DNA from: Candidatus Multivoradales bacterium
GTDB lineage: Bacteria; Acidobacteriota; Thermoanaerobaculia; Multivoradales; J023
NCBI GenBank assembly: GCA_965248925.1
Contig: CBDFLE010000006.1
Coordinates: forward strand, 64,001 to 128,000
Reading direction: 5' to 3'
DNA length: 64,000 nt
Shown: positions 48,758 through 60,574 of the stretch, in pieces
Numbering within the stretch: the first letter of the stretch is position 1
Layout: each line of letters opens with the position of its first letter
Made by a program: the position numbers and the translations under genes
Notes under the pieces: model-generated
What the model was told of the DNA's origin: nothing
What the model saw: only the letters and a program-made list of their open reading frames with translations
The model's database searches: none

Positions 48758-49552
48758 ATGAAGAACTACCTCGACTTGCTGCGCCGAGTGCGCCACCACG
48801 GCACGGCGAAGAGCGACCGCACCGGCACCGGTACGCTGAGCCAATTCGGTTGCCAGATGCGTTTTGACCTCGCCGACGGCTTTCCTCTGCTGACCACCAA
48901 GCGGGTGCACCTGAAATCCGTGCTGCACGAGCTGCTGTGGTTCCTAAGCGGCTCCACCAATCTGGGCTACTTGCGTCAGAATGGGGTCAAGATCTGGGAC
49001 CAGTGGGCCGACGAGGAGGGAGAACTCGGCCCGATCTATGGCTACCAATGGCGTTCTTGGCCCAGCGCTGACGGCGGCCACATCGATCAACTGGCCGAAG
49101 TGGTCGAGCAGATTCGCCGCCAGCCGGATTCGCGGCGCTTGCTGGTCAGCGCCTGGAACGTCGCCGACCTCAGCCGCATGGCGTTGCCGCCTTGCCACAC
49201 CCTATTCCAATTCCACGTCAGCGATGGCCGGCTCTCATTGCAGCTCTACCAACGCAGTGGCGATCTATTTCTCGGCGTGCCGTTCAATATTGTTTCCTAC
49301 TCGGCCCTGTTGCTGATGGTGGCCCAGGTCACCGGTCTCGAAGCCGCTGAATTCATCCACACATTGGGGGATACTCACCTCTACCAAAATCACCTGCGGC
49401 AAGCCGATGAACAACTCGCCCGCACCCCCGGCCCCCTGCCGCGACTGCGCCTGGACCCGGCGATCCGCCGCCTCGACGACTTTCGCTACCAGCACTTCAG
49501 CATCGAAGGTTACGAGCCACAGGCAACAATTCGCGCACCTATAGCGGTATGA
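48758..49552 (+). CDS. thyA: Thymidylate synthase
   Basis: [47 protein letters not shown]. Confidence 0.98.
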   Translation: MKNYLDLLRRVRHHGTAKSDRTGTGTLSQFGCQMRFDLADGFPLLTTKRVHLKSVLHELLWFLSGSTNLGYLRQNGVKIWDQWADEEGELGPIYGYQWRSWPSADGGHIDQLAEVVEQIRRQPDSRRLLVSAWNVADLSRMALPPCHTLFQFHVSDGRLSLQLYQRSGDLFLGVPFNIVSYSALLLMVAQVTGLEAAEFIHTLGDTHLYQNHLRQADEQLARTPGPLPRLRLDPAIRRLDDFRYQHFSIEGYEPQATIRAPIAV

Positions 49553-50178
49553 GCCGACCCGCGAAGCGAGCCCGCGGCAAGCGGCGCATCTCGATGATCG
49601 TAGCCATGGCCCACCAGCGGGTGATCGGTCGCGATGGCGACCTGCCCTGGCATCTGCCCGACGATCTGCGACATTTCAAGGCCACCACCCTGCGCCATCC
49701 GGTGCTGATGGGACGCAAGACTTTCGACTCGATCCTCGGTCGGCTCGGCAAGGCGCTACCGGGGCGGCGCAACCTGGTGCTGAGCCGCGATCCGAGCTAC
49801 CACGCGGCTGGGGCTGAGACTTTCACCACCTTGGACCAAGCGCTGTTGGCGGCCGACTGCGACGGTGAGAGGAAAACCTACAGCAAAGGCAACGACGATA
49901 GGAGCGAACTCTTCGTCATCGGTGGCGCCGAGATTTACCGCCTGGCCCTGCCCTTCGCCGAACGCCTCTTTCTCACCCGCGTCGACGCCACGATCGACGG
50001 CGACACTCGCTTTCCCCGACTCGACGACGACTGGCGGCTGGTCTCGCAAGAGGCTCACCCGGCAGATCCACGCCACGCCTATCCTTTCACTTTCGAGCTC
50101 TGGCAGCGTGAGGCGGCGCAGCCCGCCCCGCCGCTAGGGCCGCCGAGCGAGCAAGATGAACCACAGCGCCGCGGCTGA
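49549..50178 (+). CDS. folA: Dihydrofolate reductase
   Basis: [47 protein letters not shown]; coupled to thyA. Confidence 0.95.
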   Translation: MSRPAKRARGKRRISMIVAMAHQRVIGRDGDLPWHLPDDLRHFKATTLRHPVLMGRKTFDSILGRLGKALPGRRNLVLSRDPSYHAAGAETFTTLDQALLAADCDGERKTYSKGNDDRSELFVIGGAEIYRLALPFAERLFLTRVDATIDGDTRFPRLDDDWRLVSQEAHPADPRHAYPFTFELWQREAAQPAPPLGPPSEQDEPQRRG

Positions 50179-50695
50179 GCCCAGCGTCCAGCGCGGTAGC
50201 AGTCAAGACGCTGCCATCCAGAGCTGTAGCGACCTGCCTGGCACCGCCCTGAGCGATCTACTGCATCGGTTTGGCCTCGACCTCGGCTGGGTCGCCGAGG
50301 GTGCCGAGATTCCCGGTAGCCACTGGGGAGCACCGGAAGCCGGCCTGTTGCGAGGCAAGGTTTGGGTACGCGGCGATACGCCGGTTCACTCCGCTCTGCA
50401 CGAGAGCTGTCACCTGATCTGCATGGACGACCAACGCCGCGCCCAAGTCGACACCGATGCCGGCGGCGAAGACTTCGAGGAAGACGCGGTTTGCTACCTG
50501 CAGATCTTGCTCGCCGACCAACTGCCGACCGTTGGCCGCGATCGCCTGATCGCCGACATGGACGCCTGGGGCTACAGCTTCCGCCTCGGCTCGGCCAGGG
50601 CCTGGTTCGAGCAGGACGCCGAAGAGGCGCGAGCGTGGCTGATCGAGCAACGATTGATCAACCCGGAGGAGACACCAACCTGGCGACTTCGATAG
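50156..50695 (+). CDS. Conserved hypothetical protein with HExxH motif
   Basis: IPGSHWG.PEAGL, HSALHESCH, EEDAVCYLQ, MDAWGYSFRLGS. Confidence 0.75.
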   Translation: MNHSAAAEPSVQRGSSQDAAIQSCSDLPGTALSDLLHRFGLDLGWVAEGAEIPGSHWGAPEAGLLRGKVWVRGDTPVHSALHESCHLICMDDQRRAQVDTDAGGEDFEEDAVCYLQILLADQLPTVGRDRLIADMDAWGYSFRLGSARAWFEQDAEEARAWLIEQRLINPEETPTWRLR

Positions 50696-50726
50696 GCTGC
50701 TTTAAACCGACCCTCAAGGAACCGTC

Positions 50727-52121
<1,395 letters not shown>

Positions 52122-52184
52122 GAAGCAGCTGGTAGGATTTCGCTTCGCCAATCCCTAGCAACTTCATAGCTCGGAACGAAAAAG

Positions 52185-54515
52185 ATGTCTCGATCCCTCG
52201 TCCAACGCCTGCTCGACCGCCGCTTTCCCCAGCTGATGGGCCTTTACTTAGGCATCAGTTGGGGCCTGATTGAGGTCGCCGATTGGACCGTCGCGCGCTA
52301 TCTGCTGTCCAAACACTGGGTCGATCTGGTGCTGATCATCGCCGTCACCTTGATTCCCACCGCCGTCCTATTGGCCTGGAACCACGGCAAGGCGGGCCGC
52401 GATCGGGTGCCGCTGATCGAGAAGATCGGCATCCCAATCAATCTGATGTTGACCGCCACCCTGCTGGTCAGCCAGCTGCAGGGCAAACCACTGGGAAGAG
52501 CCGCCGAGAGAGTGCAGATCGTCAACGAGCAGGGGCAGACTGTCGAGAGGCTGATTCCCAAGCAGGGGTTGCGCACCCGCGCCGCGTTGTTCTTCTGGCG
52601 CAACGACAGTGGTGACGAGTCGCTCGACTGGCTGTGCTACGGCTTTCCCAAAATGCTGGAGCGAGATCTGGAACAGGATCTCTTTTTCAGCGGCACCACA
52701 CCCACCAACACCGCATTGCTGACCCGGCTGCGGCGAGCTGGCTTCGCAAACGCCCTCGAGGTCCCGGTGGCCTTGCAGAGCGAACTAGCGAAAGATCATC
52801 GCCGCGCCTTTTTCGTTGACGGCGCATTCGATCGCCAGGGCGATGTCTACCAGCTTCGCGCCACCATCTACAGCACCCAACCGGCGCGGCAAGTGGCCGA
52901 GCACCGCTTGGAGGGTGCCGATCTGCTGAACCTGGTAGATCAGCTGGCGGTCAAGATTAAGCCCGATCTGCGGGTCCAGAAGAGCGGCAATCGGCTATCT
53001 AACGACTTGCCGGTGTCGCAACACATGACCGCCGACGTCGAAGCTGCAAGGCATTTCTTCGCTGGGCTGGTCGCCGAGGATCTCGAAGGCAACTACCAAG
53101 CCGCCGCCGGCTTCTACCGCCAGGCCACCGAAGTCGATCCGACCTTCGCCAGCGCCCAGCTGATGCTGGCCAGCACCTCGCTGCAGATCGGCGACACGGC
53201 AGCCGCCACCACCGCCATCCAGCAGGCCTTGCAACACGACTATCGACTGCCCGAGCGTGACCGCTTCCGAGCTCGTGGTCTGAGCTACAGCTTGAAGCAA
53301 GAAGCGGAGAAGATCGGCCCGCTTTTTGAGCAGTGGACCGAGCTTTACCCGACCGACATCGCTGCCCACGGCAAGCTGGCGAACCACTATGTCCGTGCCA
53401 GCCGCCTGGACGAGGCACTCACCGTCTATCTACGGATTCTCGAGATCGACCCCGCTGCCGACCAAGTGCGCCCTGAGATCGCTCGCCTGCTGAGCGTCCG
53501 TGGCGACCACGGCGGTGCCCTCGCACAGCTAGAGCAACACGCTGCCGACCATCCGGACGACCCCGAGACCCAGCTACACATCGGTCAGCTGCACTGGATC
53601 AGCGGCGAGCTGCCCGAGGCCCGGGCCGCCTTTGAAAAAGCCAGCTTGCTGTCAGAAGACGGTAACTTGCTAGCGCTGACGGCGATCGGCTCGGTCGATC
53701 TGGCAGAGGGCAAGGTCGACGCGGCCCGGCGACGGCTCCAAGCCCTCGCCGGCAGTGCGCGGGATCCCAAAGCGGTAGGGCACTTGCTCAACTTCCGCTT
53801 GACGATCGACATGATGACCGGTCAATACAGCCAGGCGGTCAATGATCTCGATGACTTCTTCGAGGGCGGCAAGCACGGCCTGCCACCGGTGATGACCTTG
53901 CTGCTGCCTTCCGCATTATCGGACCTCTACGTCTACGCTGGCCAGACCGAGCGCGCCCTAGCCAACGTCAGAAAGGTCGAGAGCCTGCCGCCGCCTCTCG
54001 GCGCCGAAGCCCACACCGGCTACCTGAAGCTCTACATGGCCAGCGGCGAGCCCGATCTGCTAGAGCCGCACCTGCAGCCGGTCACCGAACATCTGAAGAA
54101 GTATCAAGCCGACGTCAACCTTTACTTCGTCGAGCAGGCCCGCGGCCGGATGTTGGAACTACGGCAGGACTACGCTGGCGCCACGGCGGCCTTCAGCAAA
54201 GCCATCGAGGTCCACTCGACCAGCATTCTCAAGGGAATGGACTCCCTGATTCCGGTCAGGCTCTACACCTCCCTCGGCCACAACCAACGGCTCGCCGGTG
54301 ACCGCACCGCCAGCCGCGGTAGCTTGAGCGAAGCACTGCACCGCTTCCCCTACCATCCTGAAGCCAATCTAGAGATGGCCAAGCTACTGCGCGACGAAGG
54401 TGATCACCAGCAGGCCCGGCAACATCTCGACCGAGCCCTATTGATGTGGCAAAACGCGGACCCGAACTACCCCCCCGCCAGCGAAGCGCGAGCGCTGGCA
54501 GACGAGCTGCTTTAG
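52185..54515 (+). CDS. Membrane-anchored TolB-like/TPR repeat protein
   Basis: Three N-terminal TMs (L.RR....YL...W.LI.V..; AW.HG), TolB_N-like region, many TPRs, terminal W.NADP. Confidence 0.8.
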   Translation: MSRSLVQRLLDRRFPQLMGLYLGISWGLIEVADWTVARYLLSKHWVDLVLIIAVTLIPTAVLLAWNHGKAGRDRVPLIEKIGIPINLMLTATLLVSQLQGKPLGRAAERVQIVNEQGQTVERLIPKQGLRTRAALFFWRNDSGDESLDWLCYGFPKMLERDLEQDLFFSGTTPTNTALLTRLRRAGFANALEVPVALQSELAKDHRRAFFVDGAFDRQGDVYQLRATIYSTQPARQVAEHRLEGADLLNLVDQLAVKIKPDLRVQKSGNRLSNDLPVSQHMTADVEAARHFFAGLVAEDLEGNYQAAAGFYRQATEVDPTFASAQLMLASTSLQIGDTAAATTAIQQALQHDYRLPERDRFRARGLSYSLKQEAEKIGPLFEQWTELYPTDIAAHGKLANHYVRASRLDEALTVYLRILEIDPAADQVRPEIARLLSVRGDHGGALAQLEQHAADHPDDPETQLHIGQLHWISGELPEARAAFEKASLLSEDGNLLALTAIGSVDLAEGKVDAARRRLQALAGSARDPKAVGHLLNFRLTIDMMTGQYSQAVNDLDDFFEGGKHGLPPVMTLLLPSALSDLYVYAGQTERALANVRKVESLPPPLGAEAHTGYLKLYMASGEPDLLEPHLQPVTEHLKKYQADVNLYFVEQARGRMLELRQDYAGATAAFSKAIEVHSTSILKGMDSLIPVRLYTSLGHNQRLAGDRTASRGSLSEALHRFPYHPEANLEMAKLLRDEGDHQQARQHLDRALLMWQNADPNYPPASEARALADELL

Positions 54516-54601
54516 GCGTCGGCGAGCGCCCGCGTTTGCGCCCTCCGCTGACTATTCGAGACCCACTCGCCGGTAGCGAATCTCCTGTCGCCCTGGTTGC
54601 A

Positions 54602-57037
54602 ATGTCATTCTTTCTTCAGGATCTGAGGCAAACCTGCCACGCTCTGTTCAGGGCTCGCGGGCTATCGCTGACTGTGCTGGTGATCCTTGCTTTAGGTTTC
54701 GGACTCAATGCGGCAATGTTCTCGGCCGCCTATCAACTGCTACTCAGACCGCTGCCCTTTGACCAGCCCGAACGACTGCTGGCGGTGTTCGAGACCCGGG
54801 CCGATGGCGGCCGCGCCGGCGTCGCGCTAGCCAACCTGCTCGACTGGCGCGAGCAGGGCAGCAGCTTCTCCGGCCTCGCCGCTTACCGCAAGCGCAGCTT
54901 CGGACTCAAAGCCCGTGAGCAGGCCACAGTGGCAGTGGTGCAAGTCGGCATGGTGACGGCGGATTTTCTGCCCTTGCTCGCCAGGGCCCCAAACCTCGGA
55001 CGGTTCTTCGATGAACCACAAGAGCGAGCCGAAGCCGCTGTTGTGGTGCTGACCGACGCGACCTGGCGCCAACATTTCGCCGCCGACCCCGAAGTGCTAG
55101 GCCGCAGCCTGCGACTCAACGAGGTCCCGTACCTGGTGCTGGGCGTTCTGCGGCCAGGCTTTGACTTCAAAATCGATGGCCAGGAACTCGGCGCCTTCAT
55201 CCCTATCAGCCACCGTGACTACGGCCACTCGCGCGACGTGCGCACTCTGGGAGCCGTCGGCCGCTTGGCCGCCGGAGTGACGCTCGAGCAGGCGCGCCAA
55301 GAACTGCACGCCATCGCCGACCGACTGGCCAGCGATTTTCCCGCCACCAACGCCGAGATCGGCGCCGACTTGGAAAGTCTGCACCAGGCCCTGACCGGTA
55401 GCAACCGCCGCCCCTTGCTCCTGCTGCTAGGCGCCGGCCTCCTGCTCTTGCTGATCGCCGCCACCAGTGTCGCCAATCTGCTGGTAACCCGGCTGGTGAC
55501 CCGCCTGCGGCAAGTAGCGGTGCGCTTCGCTTTGGGCGCCAGACCTGCCCGCGTCGGCCGCTTGTTCTTCCTCGAGACTGCGACCTTGTCTATTGCCGGC
55601 GCCGCCTTGGGGCTGTTGTTGGCGCGCGCTTTTCTCGCTTTGCTACCCCGAGTCTTGCCATTGATCGGCGGCAGCGGCAGCGTTCCCAGACTTGATTCGC
55701 TGAGCCCTGACTTCAGCACGGTTCTCTTCTCTCTGCTCTTGGCGGCCGCCGCGGCGCTCCTCTTCGGCACTCTGCTGAGCTGGCTGGCTCGACGCTCCAA
55801 CCTCGGCCAGCTGCTCAGGGAAAGCGGCTCGCAGGGGTCGTTGCGCGGCCGCCTCCGCAGCGGCCTGGTAGTGACTCAGGTAGTGCTCAGTGTGCTGTTG
55901 CTGCTGGGCGCTGGCTTGCTGTTGCGCAGCTTCTCTAACCTGCTGTCGAGCCATCCTGGATTCAACTCTGAACGGATCCGCCACTTCGGCATCGGCCTGC
56001 CGGAGCAGCGCTACGATAGCGAAGAGAAGATCCTCGCTTTTCATCACCGCTTGCTCGAAGAACTCGGCGACCTGCCGGCGGTCGAGGCGGTCGGCGCGGT
56101 AGTCCGACTACCGCTGGCCGGCAGGGGCATGCGGGCCGGTTTCTACCAGGTCGATCCGGCGGACTCGCCGGTGTTCAGCACGGCGATCAACATCGTCAGT
56201 CCTGGCTATTTCGCCACTCTCGGCACGGCGTTGGTGGCGGGCCGCGAGTTCGACTGGACCGATGGGCTAGAGGCGACGCGGGTGCTGCTGGTCAATCATG
56301 CCTTCCGCCGCACCTACTTTAACGATCAGCCGCCGCGCCAGGTCCTGGGCCGCCGCCTCGCCCTGAGCTGGGCCAGTCCTTCCCATCCGCGGGGCTCGGC
56401 CTGGGAGATCGTCGGCGTGGTTGACGATATCCGCCAACGTAGTCTGGAGCAGCAGGCCGAACCGGCAGTATTCCTATCGCTGGGCCAATTTCCCGCCGAA
56501 GGCTGCTCGTACGTCTTGCGTGAAGTCCCCAACGCGCCCGACTTGGGGCCGCAAGTGGCGGCAGCGGTGGCCCGCAGCGACAGTGATCTACAGCGCATTT
56601 CCCTCGGTTCGCTGCGCCGGCTGGTGGTCGGCAGTCTGGGAGATCGGCGCCTGGGTCTATGGCTCACCGGCGGCTTTGCCGGCCTCGCCCTGGCCTTAAC
56701 CTTGGTTGGCATCTATGGCGTTCTTTCCTTCCACGTCGCACAGAGCGCTCGCGAGACGGCGATCCGGATCAGCCTGGGCGCCGCCCCGGCGCAGATCCGC
56801 GGCCGGGTGCTGCGATCGAGCCTGGGACTGACCATGCTCGGCTGCGTTCTCGGCATCGCCGCTTTCTGGTTTCTCGGCCAGCTGCTGGAGAGTCAGCTCT
56901 ACGGCGTCGACCGTCACGATTTGACAACCCTGGTGGCGGTGGTGGGGGTGCTGGCGGCAGTGGCCATTGCCGCCGCTCTGTTTCCCGCGCTCCGAGCCAG
57001 CCGAGTGGCGCCGATGAGAGCGCTACGTGAACACTGA
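54602..57037 (+). CDS. ADOP-type (MacB/FtsX duplicated) ABC permease
   Basis: QDLR....L.R..G......LALG.G.N.AMFS....LLRPLP; duplicated MacB-PCD/FtsX; RASRVAPM.ALR. Confidence 0.9.
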   Translation: MSFFLQDLRQTCHALFRARGLSLTVLVILALGFGLNAAMFSAAYQLLLRPLPFDQPERLLAVFETRADGGRAGVALANLLDWREQGSSFSGLAAYRKRSFGLKAREQATVAVVQVGMVTADFLPLLARAPNLGRFFDEPQERAEAAVVVLTDATWRQHFAADPEVLGRSLRLNEVPYLVLGVLRPGFDFKIDGQELGAFIPISHRDYGHSRDVRTLGAVGRLAAGVTLEQARQELHAIADRLASDFPATNAEIGADLESLHQALTGSNRRPLLLLLGAGLLLLLIAATSVANLLVTRLVTRLRQVAVRFALGARPARVGRLFFLETATLSIAGAALGLLLARAFLALLPRVLPLIGGSGSVPRLDSLSPDFSTVLFSLLLAAAAALLFGTLLSWLARRSNLGQLLRESGSQGSLRGRLRSGLVVTQVVLSVLLLLGAGLLLRSFSNLLSSHPGFNSERIRHFGIGLPEQRYDSEEKILAFHHRLLEELGDLPAVEAVGAVVRLPLAGRGMRAGFYQVDPADSPVFSTAINIVSPGYFATLGTALVAGREFDWTDGLEATRVLLVNHAFRRTYFNDQPPRQVLGRRLALSWASPSHPRGSAWEIVGVVDDIRQRSLEQQAEPAVFLSLGQFPAEGCSYVLREVPNAPDLGPQVAAAVARSDSDLQRISLGSLRRLVVGSLGDRRLGLWLTGGFAGLALALTLVGIYGVLSFHVAQSARETAIRISLGAAPAQIRGRVLRSSLGLTMLGCVLGIAAFWFLGQLLESQLYGVDRHDLTTLVAVVGVLAAVAIAAALFPALRASRVAPMRALREH

Positions 57038-58565
57038 GAGCACCTCCTCCGCCAAGGCCGCGCAGCCTCGACCCAGGCTCGGCATGGCAGGCTTTGGCGA
57101 ACACTTCTGGCCCAGCCTGAATCGCACTCGCCAGTTTTACCTTGACGCCCTCGGACCGGCATTCGAACTCCTTCACCTCGATTCGGCCACTACCCCGGAC
57201 CCGGCTGCCGGAGGCTCGGAGGCCGGGTCGACGCTCGCCCTGTCGGGCTTGCTCAACTTCAGCGGCGACTTCGCTTGGCAACTCGACCCCCATCCCGAAC
57301 AGCCGCTGATCTTCAGCATGCACGGCGGGCCGATCTTGAGCCAAGAGTTCCTCTACCGCCACCTCGGCCGGCTCGAATCGACTGATGTGCTGTTGGTCAA
57401 CTGCACCTCGGATCAGAGCATTCTGCGGCAGATGTTCGATGACGCCACCCCACGGCTCGCCCACCTGCCCCTACCGGTGGGCAGTGAGCACTTCCAGCCG
57501 CGACCCCGCGCCGAATGCCGACGGCGGCTGCCGATCGAGCCCGTGGATCACCTGGTGGGTTTTGTCGGCCGTCTGCTACCGCAGAAGGGTCTGCATCAAT
57601 TCCTGCGCCTGTTGGCGGATCTCCGCCAGCGCCTGCGGCCACGAACGGTGGGAGGCGTGGTGGTGGGAACTTACTGGATGGACTACCCGGTGCTACCCTT
57701 CGTCACCGAGACCTATCCGGAAGAGATCAAGGCGTTGATCGCCGAACTCGAGTTGGGCGACAGCCTGACCTATTTCCCCGCTCGACTCAGCGACGACGAA
57801 CTCGCCTCCTGCTACGGCGCCCTGGATGTGCTCATCCATCCCACCAGCAGCATCGACGAGAACTTCGGCTATACAGCGCTCGAAGCCATGGCCTGCGGCA
57901 CCCCGGTGGTCGGCGCCGCTTACGGCGGGCTGAAAGACACCGTCATCGACGGCGAAACCGGCTTCTTGATGCCGACCTGGGCTAGCCGCAGCGGTATTCG
58001 CATGGATCTGGACCACGGGCTCGACCAGGTCTGCCGTTTGCTCGACGACGACCCGCTGCGACAGCGTTTTTCCGCCGCCGCGGCCCAGCGTGCGCACCAG
58101 GTCTTCTCGGTGCCGGTGTGCGCCGAGCGCTTGCGCCGCGCGATCGAAGAGTCGGCTGCTGCCCGGCACCGCGGCGAAGCCCGCCCCTTGCGGCGCCGAA
58201 AACCCCCTGAGCCCGCTACCGAACTCGGCTTGCTACCCCCTACCGCAATCCCCTGGGAGGCGTATTCGCCGGTCGTCGAACACTACGTCAGCGGACCACC
58301 GCCACGACCGTCCGCCAACGATCGCTTGCGCTTGGCGGCTCCTCTGATCACTCTCGCCGGAGGCGGCCAGCGACTCGCAGATCCGGCCTGGCCAGCTACT
58401 TTCCAGCTCACCACCGCCGACAGCGAGTCCCTCGGACAGTGCGGACGCTCCTTCACCCGCGCCCAGTTGGAGCAGGCTCTCACCGCAGCCGGCGCGGCGG
58501 TCGAGAACCGAGTGCAACAGTGGCTCGACCTCGGATTGCTGCTAGCGAACCCGGCGGATGGCTGA
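57027..58565 (+). CDS. GT4 glycosyltransferase with C-terminal extension
   Basis: GFVGRLLPQKG, ENFGYTALEAMACGTPVV (E-X7-E), DGETGFL; start overlaps permease stop. Confidence 0.88.
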   Translation: MNTESTSSAKAAQPRPRLGMAGFGEHFWPSLNRTRQFYLDALGPAFELLHLDSATTPDPAAGGSEAGSTLALSGLLNFSGDFAWQLDPHPEQPLIFSMHGGPILSQEFLYRHLGRLESTDVLLVNCTSDQSILRQMFDDATPRLAHLPLPVGSEHFQPRPRAECRRRLPIEPVDHLVGFVGRLLPQKGLHQFLRLLADLRQRLRPRTVGGVVVGTYWMDYPVLPFVTETYPEEIKALIAELELGDSLTYFPARLSDDELASCYGALDVLIHPTSSIDENFGYTALEAMACGTPVVGAAYGGLKDTVIDGETGFLMPTWASRSGIRMDLDHGLDQVCRLLDDDPLRQRFSAAAAQRAHQVFSVPVCAERLRRAIEESAAARHRGEARPLRRRKPPEPATELGLLPPTAIPWEAYSPVVEHYVSGPPPRPSANDRLRLAAPLITLAGGGQRLADPAWPATFQLTTADSESLGQCGRSFTRAQLEQALTAAGAAVENRVQQWLDLGLLLANPADG

Positions 58566-60453
58566 TCTTCTCTCCACCCCACCGACGCTGGCCGTTATCA
58601 TCCCGTGGTGCGACCGGCCGGAGATCTCCGCCACTCTGGAGAGCAACCGAGCCGCCCTCGCCGACCCCGGCTTGCAGCTGCTGGTGGTCAACTGCGGTGG
58701 CGACCTGGCCGAACTCGATCGGCTTTTGCAAAGTACCGCGTTGCCCGGCCTGAGCCGCCTAGACCTCCCCGGCGCCAGCTTCAACAAGGCCCTGGCCCTC
58801 AATGCCGGGGTCGCGGCCACCGACGCCGCTGAGCTGTTCTTTCTTGACACCGACATAGTGCTGGCGGACAATTTTCTCGACCGTGCGCGGCGCCGTCTAA
58901 GCTCTAACACCTTTGTGACCGTACAGCAGGTGGTCGAGAATTCGCCACCCCCACGCCACCACCTGTCCGGCCTGCATGAAATAGCGCACTTGATCGAATT
59001 GGTCAGCGCCGATGGCACCACGCAAATCGAGACCAACCGCAGCCGCCCGGCGGACGGTAGCCGTAGTGGACCCGGCTTGATCCTGCTGCGCCGCGAACAC
59101 TTCCTGGCCATCGACGGCATGAATTCCGACCTCGAAGGCTGGGGTTTCGAAGACCTCGACTTGGTAACGCGGCTGCAGCTCGCCCAAGGCCTGCGGCGAC
59201 GATCGGTCGGCACCGTTGTACATCTCACCCACGACGATGAGGTGCGCACGCTCGGCGCCAACGACCGTGCCGAGAGTGAGGCCCGCAACCGGATGCGGGC
59301 GTTCTACAACTACGGCCAGCGGCACTACCTGGGCACCTACGACGACGACCTACAGCAGTGGCGTGAACACTGGACCCAGCACCGGTTCGAGCCGCTCAAA
59401 GCAGCCTGCGGTCAGCGTCCACAGCCTCTTTCGCCGACCCCGAGCCTGCGCCTCAGCGTAGTCGACCAGGTGCCGTTGCGCCACGGCGATTCGGCAGCCG
59501 AGGCCCTCGGCGAATGCGTCGAGTTGGCGCGGACGGTCGAGCGCCTCGGCTACCAGCGGTTTTGGATCGCCGAGCATCACAACGCCTCGTCATTCGCTTG
59601 CACCAGTCCCGAAGTGCTGATCCCATTGGCCGCCGCCGCCACTCGCCACCTGCGGATCGGTAGCGGCGGGATGCTGCTGCGCAACACCTCGGCCCTCAAA
59701 ACAGCCGAGCTCTTCCGAACCTTGAGTTCGTGCTTTCCGCACCGCCTCGACCTCGGAATAGGGGGCGCCACCGGCGGCGACCCCCTGACTTCGAACGCCC
59801 TCGCCCATCCTCGCCCGGTGCTCGACTCCAAGACCTATGGTCAGCAGGTTCGTGACTTGTTGGGATTTCTCGCCGGCCAGCTGCCGAGCGCACACGACTT
59901 CGCCACCATCCGTTCCCAGCCTGGACCTCCCAACGCTGCCTTGCCCGAGGTGTGGCTGCTGGGTTCGAGCCCGCACAGCGCGCAGCTGGCCGGCGAGCTT
60001 GGCCTGAGCTACGCTTTTGCTGATTTTCTGACTGACAATCGCCAGCTGGCAGAGGTCGCCGCCGACGCTTATCGCGAAGCCTTCAAGCCGTCACCGGCTC
60101 TCGTGGCGCCACAGATGCTAATCGCGGTCGAAGCGATCTGCGCTCCGACTGAAGAGGAGGCTCGCCACCTCGCCGCTAGCCGACTGGTCGATTGGTTCGC
60201 CGAACTCTACGGTCTACAAGGCTTGCTACCTGCCGACGAGGCAGCGAACCTCGGGCTCGACAGTCGCCACGGGAAAGTCTTCGACCAGTTCGCTGGGCGT
60301 TGCCTGGTCGGCTCTCCAGCACAGGTCCACAACCACCTGCTCGACATCGCACAACGGACCGCGGTGCAGCAGTTCTCCATCATCACCAACTGCTACGCAT
60401 TCGAGAGCCGTTGCCGGTCGTATCAATTGCTAGCCAGCGAACTCGGCCTCTAG
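58558..60453 (+). CDS. GT2/GT7-like glycosyltransferase fused to luciferase-like (LLM) flavin monooxygenase
   Basis: VIIPW, FNKALALN.G, FLDTD, GWGFEDLD; from ~aa 297 LSVVDQ, RFWIAEHHN, RIGSGG.LL, RLDLGIG, WLLGSS. Confidence 0.88.
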   Translation: MADLLSTPPTLAVIIPWCDRPEISATLESNRAALADPGLQLLVVNCGGDLAELDRLLQSTALPGLSRLDLPGASFNKALALNAGVAATDAAELFFLDTDIVLADNFLDRARRRLSSNTFVTVQQVVENSPPPRHHLSGLHEIAHLIELVSADGTTQIETNRSRPADGSRSGPGLILLRREHFLAIDGMNSDLEGWGFEDLDLVTRLQLAQGLRRRSVGTVVHLTHDDEVRTLGANDRAESEARNRMRAFYNYGQRHYLGTYDDDLQQWREHWTQHRFEPLKAACGQRPQPLSPTPSLRLSVVDQVPLRHGDSAAEALGECVELARTVERLGYQRFWIAEHHNASSFACTSPEVLIPLAAAATRHLRIGSGGMLLRNTSALKTAELFRTLSSCFPHRLDLGIGGATGGDPLTSNALAHPRPVLDSKTYGQQVRDLLGFLAGQLPSAHDFATIRSQPGPPNAALPEVWLLGSSPHSAQLAGELGLSYAFADFLTDNRQLAEVAADAYREAFKPSPALVAPQMLIAVEAICAPTEEEARHLAASRLVDWFAELYGLQGLLPADEAANLGLDSRHGKVFDQFAGRCLVGSPAQVHNHLLDIAQRTAVQQFSIITNCYAFESRCRSYQLLASELGL

Positions 60454-60503
60454 GCCCACCTCCTGACCATACGTTTGACACTGGCCAATTACTCCTTGCG
60501 CTG

Positions 60504-60528
60504 GGAACTTTTCGCCGCCGAGTTCGTT
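60504..60528 (+). promoter_or_regulatory. Candidate ECF promoter upstream of second ADOP permease
   Basis: GGAAC-N16-CGTT, followed by AGGAGG RBS. Confidence 0.4.
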
Positions 60529-60574
60529 GGCATTTAGTGTAGCCAGTTCCAACCAGTAACGACCAGGAGGTGTA

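Noticed and set aside
60458-60472. ACCTCCTGACCATAC similar to the outer transposon TIR
   Set aside because: Only an 11-bp match with no partner end or TSD; compatible with chance
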